64,000 nucleotides of DNA from Pseudobdellovibrionaceae bacterium (GCA_025354795.1 JANXMF010000075.1:3161-67160), one strand, 5' to 3'. Shown: positions 19,954 to 27,422, counted from the stretch's first letter. Notes: generated from the letters alone by a model not told the origin. Numbers and translations: made by a program.

Positions 19954-20609
19954 AAAATCGCTGCGCCGTTTTCAAACGCACCGGCTAACATATTGTAATG
20001 CAGATGACAAGAGCAACGGGTGGCATAAGCCACGTCTTCAAACGTCTTTTCATCCGTCACGAAGTGCTCAATGTATCGATCCATTAATTTATTGTGACCG
20101 ATATCAACGGTGGCGTGTTCTTCAAGGAAGGTCAGTGCCGAATCCGGAATACCCAGCGATTTCAAGCGATCAATATGAACTCGTCCCTGTTGTGTTGGTA
20201 AAAACTCAAGGTGAAAAAGGTATCCTAGATATGAAACCGGCGTGCCCAGCTGAATCTGCATCAGTGCGAAGGCATTGAACGCCGCAGTGGACGGCAAGGG
20301 CCGCGTGTGCTGAAGCTTTTCAGTGTTTTCGCCAAGGGATTTTAAGTCATTTAGGGCAAGAAGGTCGTGGCCAATTTCTGAAATAGCATGCCGATAAAAC
20401 ATGCCGATCATGTCGCGAGGATTATCCTTGAAATACAGTGTCGCAAACGCTTGAATTTGCGGATTCAAGCCGGCGTGATGATAAGTCTCTAGTAAGAACC
20501 CTTTATAATGATTAATTTGAAAGTCGCCCGACTGAAGACGAGTCATCCACGGGAATTTATTCACTTTTGCCATCTCATCTCGCCAAACGTTGAGCAGTCG
20601 ATCTTTCAT
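19950..20609 (-). CDS. heme-oxygenase-like diiron oxidase (iron-containing redox enzyme, TenA/PqqC/CADD fold)
   Basis: Helical protein with ETYHH, HAISEIGH....NDL, LE and EEHATVDIGH ligand motifs. Confidence 0.8.
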   Translation of the reverse strand: MKDRLLNVWRDEMAKVNKFPWMTRLQSGDFQINHYKGFLLETYHHAGLNPQIQAFATLYFKDNPRDMIGMFYRHAISEIGHDLLALNDLKSLGENTEKLQHTRPLPSTAAFNAFALMQIQLGTPVSYLGYLFHLEFLPTQQGRVHIDRLKSLGIPDSALTFLEEHATVDIGHNKLMDRYIEHFVTDEKTFEDVAYATRCSCHLHYNMLAGAFENGAAIF

Positions 20610-20636
20610 ATAGTTCTCCGAAGGATGATGAACATA

Positions 20637-20670
20637 CTATAGCTATAACCGATCGCTCGACTAGGCGCAA
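20637..20670 (-). promoter_or_regulatory. sigma70-like promoter for the diiron oxidase gene
   Basis: Minus-strand TTGCGC-N17-TATAGC upstream of GGAG and the ATG. Confidence 0.45.
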
Positions 20671-20743
20671 TATTAATGCGCCCTGGACTCCTATAAACAT
20701 TCATAATTTATAGAAAATTCCGAAAAGTATTCTATGAGGGTAC

Positions 20744-22918
20744 ATGTTTGATCCGCGCTTGACTAGACCACATTATAAGACCGTGATCTTCGCCTCCTAT
20801 TTGGAGCTCCTATCTAAAAATCGTCCAGAGATAAACGTAAATATTTTAGTAGAGAAAGCTGGATTGTCGCTTGAGTATGTACGCGACGAAAACAATTGGG
20901 TTTCGGTGACTTTCGAAAAGCGGATCATGGATCTCATCATTGAACAGACAGGCGATCCGAACATTTTTTTTGCAGCCGGCGAGCAAGGCGTCTCCCGCAC
21001 CGGCCTCGGTGAAGGACTCCATTTCCTCGCGTCAAACTTCATTCCCCTCGATGCCATTTACCGCAGTTTGCCTAAACTGACGGGTTTGCTGAACAAGGTC
21101 ATCTCGGTCGAAATCACTGAACGTCGTAGCGGCCACTTTAAATTCTTGTTTAAACCCAAGCTTGACGAACTTGACACGGAGGAACGCGAAATCCTGGTTT
21201 CGCGCATGCCATATGTCATGGCGAACACCATGGGTTATTATAGCAAAATTCCAACCCTCAAGCGTTTGCCGCCGGCCCAAACTACGGTGACCCAAGTGGA
21301 TGCCGAATTAGGAAGCTACTCCCTAGAACTTAGCTTTTTTGAAGGCACGCTCTGGGTGGCTCCTGCTCTAAAAACACTTCCCATTCTGTCTTTTTTTGGC
21401 TTAGTTTGGGGTATGCTCGAGTGGGCGAGATTTCCAATCGAAATCTCCCTATTGGCCGCGGCTTCAGCCGTAACCATGGCGATCGCGTTTTACTTCTCTT
21501 ACCAAAATAGAAAGCTTCGCGGTGTCGCGGCACAATCCGAGCAGTCACTTTATCGCCTGGACATTCAAAATAAGGATCTCTATGACGCAAAATTAAAATT
21601 GAAACGCAAACTCGATGAGTCCTTGGCGACTTTCGAGCTTGTGACTCACATGATTTCAGCGACTCTTGAAGAGGAAGTCCTCGAGTTTGGCTGCGAGTGT
21701 TTGGTCAACAATTTGAAATATGATCGGGCATTTGTCCTAATTTACGACTCGCAGGCCAACTGCCTCCGCTTGGCGGCGTCCAAGGGTCTTTCGGATCAAC
21801 TCAAAGCCGGTATGGAAAAACTCGTGCTTCCGGTTGAGATCGATGACTCGGATCCCACCAAGTTCTCCAACGTTTTTCGCATGAAACAGCCGCTTCTTGT
21901 TAAGGATGTCACCGAACACATGAGCCGGCTGGCCGATCCGACCAGTTTGATGGTTCTCAAAGTATCGGGGTCGCGATCGTTCGTGGCCGCGCCGCTTTTT
22001 ACTCAAAACAAGTCACTCGGTATTCTGGTCGCCGACTGCATCTCCAAGCAGAAAGTTATGACTGAAGATGACTTGCGCCTGATTTCAACAGCGGCTCAAC
22101 AGATAGCGATTGGCATTGAGCAACAGCGTTCCAAGCAAGAACTGATCGATGGGTATCAGAAGGAGCTCGAGCTCTCCGAGTCCTACTCACGCTTTGTTCC
22201 CTTTGAGACACTGGAGCTCCTCAAATACAAAAACATTGTTGACGTTAAGATCGGCGACTATGTTGAAACCCATGTCGCGATCATGTTTAGCGATATCCGC
22301 GGATTTACCACACTTTGCGAGACGATGACCCCCGCGGACATTCTCAAGTTTCTGAATTCTTATTACGCCCGGCTCTCACCGGTCATAAAAAGCCATGGCG
22401 GGACGATTGATAAATTTATGGGCGATGGAATCATGGCCATTTTTAGCAAGGCCGACCAAGCGCTGGCGGCCGCAGTGGACATGCAGCGCTCAATTTTTAA
22501 GTACAACCTAGATCGTCACGACCCACAGCGGGAGCCAATCCAAGCGGGGATAGGCATTGCTGCCGGGAAAGTGGTGTTTGGTTCACTGGGGACCGACAAG
22601 CGATTGGAGCTTACGGCGATTGCCGATACAGTCAATGTCGCGTCCCGCCTGGATGGTCTTTGTCGCGAAACCGGTCAGACAATCATGATCACCGGCTACA
22701 ATGAAAATACGCTTGGGCAGTTTCCACAGCTAAGCTTTTCTCACCTATTGCCGCTAAAAGTGAAAGGTCGCGCGAGCGACGTTCACGTGATTGCCGTGAA
22801 TGATTTAAATTATTTTTCCGCCGTTGACGAGACCCAATTGTCTCCGGCGCAAAAGGTCTATCTGGCGCGGGAACGAGAGTTTTGGTTGCAACGCCAGAAC
22901 CCCAAGCAAGCGGCTTAA
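20744..22918 (+). CDS. membrane-anchored class III adenylate cyclase: N-terminal sensor, 2 TM, coiled coil, GAF, cyclase
   Basis: FSDIRGFT, DKFMGDG and T.IADTVNVASRL motifs (Lys/Thr suggest ATP specificity); GAF motif SFVAAPL....LGIL.AD. Confidence 0.88.
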   Translation: MFDPRLTRPHYKTVIFASYLELLSKNRPEINVNILVEKAGLSLEYVRDENNWVSVTFEKRIMDLIIEQTGDPNIFFAAGEQGVSRTGLGEGLHFLASNFIPLDAIYRSLPKLTGLLNKVISVEITERRSGHFKFLFKPKLDELDTEEREILVSRMPYVMANTMGYYSKIPTLKRLPPAQTTVTQVDAELGSYSLELSFFEGTLWVAPALKTLPILSFFGLVWGMLEWARFPIEISLLAAASAVTMAIAFYFSYQNRKLRGVAAQSEQSLYRLDIQNKDLYDAKLKLKRKLDESLATFELVTHMISATLEEEVLEFGCECLVNNLKYDRAFVLIYDSQANCLRLAASKGLSDQLKAGMEKLVLPVEIDDSDPTKFSNVFRMKQPLLVKDVTEHMSRLADPTSLMVLKVSGSRSFVAAPLFTQNKSLGILVADCISKQKVMTEDDLRLISTAAQQIAIGIEQQRSKQELIDGYQKELELSESYSRFVPFETLELLKYKNIVDVKIGDYVETHVAIMFSDIRGFTTLCETMTPADILKFLNSYYARLSPVIKSHGGTIDKFMGDGIMAIFSKADQALAAAVDMQRSIFKYNLDRHDPQREPIQAGIGIAAGKVVFGSLGTDKRLELTAIADTVNVASRLDGLCRETGQTIMITGYNENTLGQFPQLSFSHLLPLKVKGRASDVHVIAVNDLNYFSAVDETQLSPAQKVYLAREREFWLQRQNPKQAA

Positions 22919-23048
22919 AACTGCTCAATACTCACCGCGCCCGAGAAGCACCGCAGGTTTGCGACCGACGACGCCACTGCGCTGCTGCAGGTGGAGCGGG
23001 GTCCCAAGGAACGCGATTGGCTCAATACGTGGTTCATGACTCGTTAAC

Positions 23049-23162
23049 GAGCCTGTCTGCCAGTTTCTTGGGGACTCGGGCTCCTGCCCTTGCCGCCATC
23101 GGCCCTTCGCGCCGAACGCATCACGCTTGGCGGAAGTCCCCAAAAATCTGGCAGATAGGCCC
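23049..23162. mobile_element. MITE-like element of about 113 bp with 26-bp terminal inverted repeats
   Basis: GCCTGTCTGCCAGTTTCTTGGGGACT (23051-23076) versus the reverse complement of 23135-23160: 23 of 26 identical; CTAG on the right flank; no transposase. Confidence 0.75.
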
Positions 23163-23293
23163 TAGTGTAGGTCAATAGATATTCATGAGCGGATGAAAGC
23201 GTTTGCGTGCGGCATCAATTCACATCTATTGGTCGATCTTTCAACATTTATCTAGATACGATATTTTTCTAAGTTTTCAACACGGGGGGAAAT

Positions 23294-24391
23294 ATGAAGC
23301 GAAAGATCACGATCGTCCTGGGCCTACTTTTGACTTTGGCGTTTGATGCCGGTGCCACTGAACTAAAACATCTCGGCAGTCCGGCGCAACAACGGCATGC
23401 ACAGGAATGGAACCGCACTCATCCCATGAATTTCAACCTCGAGGCGCTGACTGGTGCACCCGTATTAAAACCATTTAGCGAAGCGGAAACCACCGGCTAC
23501 GTAGCGATTAGTTCCACCGACGCATGGGAATTGGCCGCGATCCGCAGCGCCATCGCTAAAAATCTTCCGCCCGCTACGGTGCTGATCATTTTTGTCAGCG
23601 ACTCCTCCGAAGTGCGGGCGCTTAAGAAACTCTACTCGCCTTACCTCAAAGATGACCAGCTGAAATTTCTGGTGGTTCCGACCACGGGTTCGAGCGACAC
23701 CATCTGGGCGCGCGATTCGCTTCCCTTCCCGGTTTATTTGCAGACCCCCGCAAAGGCGCCCGTAGCGATGGGCTTGGTGGATTCCCTTTATCCGCAAGAT
23801 TTTGAGCCCGACTCGGCTTTCGCGAAAGCCTTCTCGTATCCCATGGTCAGCACCAATCAATACTTCCGCGGCGGCAATTTGCTATTCGATACCGAAGGCA
23901 ACTGCTTCTCGGAAAACGTGAATGAAACGCAAAGACTTTCGGATCCAGAAGGTTACCTCAAAAAATATTTCGGCTGCACTACTGTGACTTTGCTGGAGCA
24001 AGAGGGCGGCATTGGTGATATCGATGAGCGCATTAAATTCTTGACCGGCAAAGACGTTTTGACCGACAACGCCACCTACGCCGGCATTTTAAAAAACAAG
24101 GGCTACACCGTGCACATGATGCCGACCACCGGTAAAGACGGCGAGACCTATATGAATACATTGTTGGTCAACGGCACTATGTTCGTGCCACAAATGGGAA
24201 TCAAACGTGATGCCGACGCCATCAAGGCGTATCAAGATCTTGGTTTTAAAGCCGTGGGCGTGATGACCAAGCAACTCGCCGATCGCGGTGACGGCAATAT
24301 TCACTGTGTGACCATGAATTACCCGCCGGGCGCCTTTCAGGCGAGCGCTCGCGGCGGTGATTTTGTCGATTTCAGTCGCGCGACCCGCTAA
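23294..24391 (+). CDS. secreted agmatine/peptidylarginine deiminase family protein
   Basis: Signal peptide; WARD, GGN, GDID, YMN and GNIHCVT motifs. Confidence 0.8.
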   Translation: MKRKITIVLGLLLTLAFDAGATELKHLGSPAQQRHAQEWNRTHPMNFNLEALTGAPVLKPFSEAETTGYVAISSTDAWELAAIRSAIAKNLPPATVLIIFVSDSSEVRALKKLYSPYLKDDQLKFLVVPTTGSSDTIWARDSLPFPVYLQTPAKAPVAMGLVDSLYPQDFEPDSAFAKAFSYPMVSTNQYFRGGNLLFDTEGNCFSENVNETQRLSDPEGYLKKYFGCTTVTLLEQEGGIGDIDERIKFLTGKDVLTDNATYAGILKNKGYTVHMMPTTGKDGETYMNTLLVNGTMFVPQMGIKRDADAIKAYQDLGFKAVGVMTKQLADRGDGNIHCVTMNYPPGAFQASARGGDFVDFSRATR

Positions 24392-25575
24392 GAGTTCGCG
24401 GGCTGTTCGGCAAGCTGCACTTTTACCGACTTAGAAACGCCACCGCGGATCAGTTCCACTTCCGCGGTCTTGCCAGCCGACAATTGTTCCATGGTTTTAA
24501 ACAAATCATGGGTATTGCGAATCGTTTGCCCGTTGATTTTGCGGATCACATCCAGGGTTTCAATCCCCGCTTTGGCAGCGGGAGTTCCGGCCACGACTTG
24601 CTTCACCAAGACGCCCTCGTCCTCTTTGAGTTTCATATAGGCCACCGCCTCTTCGCTGACTTCGTCAATAGCAATGCCCATCCAGGCGCGGCGCACGTGT
24701 CCATTCTCAATGATCTGATCGATCACAGCCTTAGCGGTATTGCTCGGAATTGCAAAACCAATATTTTGCGCGCGCGGATCCATTGCGCTATTGATTCCAA
24801 TCGCCGCTCCACTCATATTGATCAATGGACCACCTGAGTTGCCGGGATTGATGCCTGCGGAAGTCTGCAAAAAGTCAGAGCGCATGCCTTCGAGATTACG
24901 CCCGATCGCGCTGATGATCCCTTGCGTCACCGTGTGGGTATGGCCATAGGGATTGCCAATCGCCAGTACCCACTCGCCGACTTTGGTTTTTGCACTGTCC
25001 GCGAAAGTGAGAGCTTTCAATCCCTCCCTTTTTTCCACCAGTTTGAGCAAGGCCACATCGGAAATCTCATCAGCGCCGACAATCATAGCCAGGTGGCCCT
25101 TGCCGTCTTCCTCACCGATAAACTTCACCATGATTTCATCGGCTACCTTGCCCGCGAGCCGCACTACATGGGCGTTGGTGGCGATGTAACCATCCGTCGC
25201 GTTGACCACAAAACCCGAACCCAGTGCCTCTTGTTTCATCGCGGGAAGCGAAAATGACGGCCCAAAATACCGTTGCAGCTGCTCTTCAAATCCCGGCGGG
25301 AACCCGCCCCCGCCGCCTCCGGCGCGCATCTTGGTGCCCGATTTGGTATAAATATTGACGACCGTAGGCGAAACTTTTTCCGTCAACGAGATAAACGCCT
25401 GACTCAAGCTGTTGACATCCGCCATTCCGGGAGTGACCACGGGTGGGACATTTTCACTATAAATCGGCGCCGCATCCGAGTGAGCCGGCCATTGCAAATG
25501 TCCGCCGCTAAACAAAAGAACTCCGGCGCCCAGGCCCAAGCCTAAAGTTAAACTGTGTATGAAGTTCTTACGCAT
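24388..25575 (-). CDS. HtrA/DegP-type serine protease with one PDZ domain
   Basis: GSGF, TNAHV, DVALLK and INPGNSGGPL motifs; C-terminal PDZ domain. Confidence 0.93.
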   Translation of the reverse strand: MRKNFIHSLTLGLGLGAGVLLFSGGHLQWPAHSDAAPIYSENVPPVVTPGMADVNSLSQAFISLTEKVSPTVVNIYTKSGTKMRAGGGGGGFPPGFEEQLQRYFGPSFSLPAMKQEALGSGFVVNATDGYIATNAHVVRLAGKVADEIMVKFIGEEDGKGHLAMIVGADEISDVALLKLVEKREGLKALTFADSAKTKVGEWVLAIGNPYGHTHTVTQGIISAIGRNLEGMRSDFLQTSAGINPGNSGGPLINMSGAAIGINSAMDPRAQNIGFAIPSNTAKAVIDQIIENGHVRRAWMGIAIDEVSEEAVAYMKLKEDEGVLVKQVVAGTPAAKAGIETLDVIRKINGQTIRNTHDLFKTMEQLSAGKTAEVELIRGGVSKSVKVQLAEQPANS

Positions 25576-25697
25576 AATAAATCCTCCTGTTAGCCAAGAT
25601 TACGGCAAGGGGATTAAAGCGTTCTTAAGCGAGGATTAAAAAAATTGTTATCGGCTTGGAGGTGGACATCCAGCCGCCACTTTCCTATCCTAAATAA

Positions 25698-26627
25698 ATG
25701 AGAACCTTGGTATTTTTGGCCGTGCTCGGTGGTCTGATTTATTTTATGTATGCGCTTCGGAATGCGCCACCGCCCCAGACGGACACACCCCGCCCGACCA
25801 AAGCCAGGCCCCCAGTCACCGCCAGGCCACCGCCCCCGCCGGCGGCGGTGATGCCCATTCAACCTGGGCCACCGGTGAAAGTGGAAACCTTGCGTCCCAC
25901 CGTACGCGAAGAGCCCCAGGTGGTCACCGAGGCCCAAGCGAAATCTAGAGCCCGCGTCTTGCCCTACCATTTGGTCGACGGCTTGATGGTGGTGCAAGGC
26001 GACCTGGTGGCGGGCGTGCCATTAAAGGCCGATCTTCCCCCCACCGGCCTGGTGGAAATGCTACCGGTCAAACTTTGGCCCCAAGGTAAGGTGCCCTACC
26101 ACATTCAACCCGATGTGGTGCGGCCCGAGCGCGTCGCCCAGGCCGTCGCCTTTTTCGACGGAACGGCCGTGCACTTGGTACCTTATAGTAATGAAGATGA
26201 CGCGATCGTTTTTATCGACGCGAACGGGGAGTGCAAATCCTATGTCGGTAAAGTGGGAGGAAAACAACCTGTGTTTATAGGCGCGGACTGCGGCCCGCGG
26301 GAGATCGCCCACGAAATCATGCACGCCCTTGGTTTTATCCATGAGCAAAACCGCACCGACCGCGACGAAGCGCTGCAAGTGCATTTTGAAAACATTGATG
26401 AACGCTACAAGGACAATTTTGAAAAGCTAAGCCCGGAATTTATGAAGGTGAGCGGTCTGGGCGACTTCGATTTCAAATCACTGATGATATATCCGGCATG
26501 GATGTTCGCCAAAAACGGCCGCTCCACCATGGAACCAAAGAGCCAGGAAAAACTAATTGAGCCCGGGTCCGTGTTAAGCGCGCTGGATCTAGAGCGCCTT
26601 AAAAAAGCCTACGGCGCGAGTCCTTAG
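25698..26627 (+). CDS. astacin family (M12A) metallopeptidase
   Basis: HEIMHALGFIHEQNRTDRD, C.SYVG and SLMIY Met-turn; N-terminal anchor and Pro-rich linker. Confidence 0.92.
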   Translation: MRTLVFLAVLGGLIYFMYALRNAPPPQTDTPRPTKARPPVTARPPPPPAAVMPIQPGPPVKVETLRPTVREEPQVVTEAQAKSRARVLPYHLVDGLMVVQGDLVAGVPLKADLPPTGLVEMLPVKLWPQGKVPYHIQPDVVRPERVAQAVAFFDGTAVHLVPYSNEDDAIVFIDANGECKSYVGKVGGKQPVFIGADCGPREIAHEIMHALGFIHEQNRTDRDEALQVHFENIDERYKDNFEKLSPEFMKVSGLGDFDFKSLMIYPAWMFAKNGRSTMEPKSQEKLIEPGSVLSALDLERLKKAYGASP

Positions 26628-26812
26628 GGAGGCGGGCTGGCTTGTACCGCCCGGATTTCTTGAATCTGCGCCTTACTCGTAGCTATTGAAAAATGACCGC
26701 CCCGAAATCGACCTAAAATTAGGCCAGGGACTCCATTTGGCGACATGAGGCCGCTGACGAATACATTGGTATCAAGGACGACGGTTGGCGGGATTGATCT
26801 CAGTGACGCCAC
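26624..26812 (-). pseudogene. truncated PIN-domain toxin gene
   Basis: VVLDTNVFVSGL...G.P..IL N-terminal PIN motif; only 62 codons, ending in the astacin stop region; no antitoxin gene. Confidence 0.75.
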
Positions 26813-26858
26813 TTACCAAGCCGAGCGTATCCAAAATCCTACGATTTCAAAATTGAAG

Positions 26859-27199
26859 TGGTGGCCCCAGACTGACTTGAACAGTCACGTCCTTGCGGAC
26901 ACTGGATTTTCTTACCACTCCGGCTTTCGCCGTCTCTCACTTCGAGAGTTTGTGGTCTGGACTATGCCTTAACCGTTTGTCTTTCGACCGTTAGGTCCCG
27001 CTCGTCTAGTCTCTACACCTTCACTGACATTTTCTCGTCAGAGCTTGGCTCGGCATTAGCAATCTGAAAATTTCAGATAAGCCTCTACCGAATTTGGGCG
27101 GTTCTACGTCCTCAGTTTCCCGAGTCTACGCACTCAAATTTTGTCGGCTTAAAACCGACCGTCTGAGTCCAGCGCGTCTACCAATTCCACCATGGGGCC
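26859..27199 (-). tRNA. tRNA-Leu(CAA), 87 nt mature, interrupted by a group I intron (exon 1 27199-27165, exon 2 26910-26859)
   Basis: Joined exons: GGCCCCA TG GTGGAATTGGTAGACGCG CTGGA CTCAAAA TCCAG T GTCC GCAA GGAC GT GACTG TTCAAGT CAGTC TGGGGCC ACCA. Acceptor, anticodon, variable and T stems all pair; CCA is encoded. Confidence 0.95.
26911..27164 (-). ncRNA. group I self-splicing intron (IC3-like), 254 nt, no ORF
   Basis: P AAATTCGGTAGA (27095-27084), Q AATGCCGAGC (27057-27048), R GTAGAGACTAGA (27016-27005), S AAGGCATAGTCC (26970-26959); P7 GACTA/TAGTC; terminal G; guide sequence TTTGAGT (27138-27132). Confidence 0.93.
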
Positions 27200-27339
27200 A
27201 CTTATAAATTTTGAAAGATCAAAGCATCCTGCGCTTAAGATCGGTAGATCCTTCTACCAATCTATTTTCTTTTTCTACCAGTCGTTTTGAATTCAAATTC
27301 AAACCAACCACTTACAGCCCAGGTAAAATGGCGACAGTC

Positions 27340-27378
27340 TTTTGAGTCCAGCGCGTCGACCAATTCCACCAAGAGGCC
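27340..27378 (-). pseudogene. 5' half of an intron-less tRNA-Leu(CAA), att-like fragment
   Basis: GGCCTCTTGGTGGAATTGGTCGACGCGCTGGACTCAAAA: 32 of 35 identical to exon 1, continues through the full anticodon loop, then similarity stops. Confidence 0.9.
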
Positions 27379-27393
27379 TTGAAAGAGTGCCTG

Positions 27394-27422
27394 AGTTAAC
27401 CAAAGTGTAGGCATGGACTCAA
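27394..27422 (-). promoter_or_regulatory. sigma70-like promoter upstream of the tRNA fragment
   Basis: TTGAGT-N17-TTAACT, 15 nt before the first base of the fragment. Confidence 0.6.

Noticed and set aside
26745..26972. 75-aa plus-strand ORF from the ORF track
   Set aside because: It is antisense to the tRNA exon, intron and PIN fragment, and has no recognisable protein features.
26911..27164. Homing endonuclease inside the intron
   Set aside because: The intron is only 254 nt and is fully accounted for by ribozyme core and short peripheral stems.
26859..27199. Reading the tRNA as Leu(UAA), or splicing after U33
   Set aside because: The genomic base at position 34 is C in both copies, and splicing after U33 would leave a 6-nt loop.
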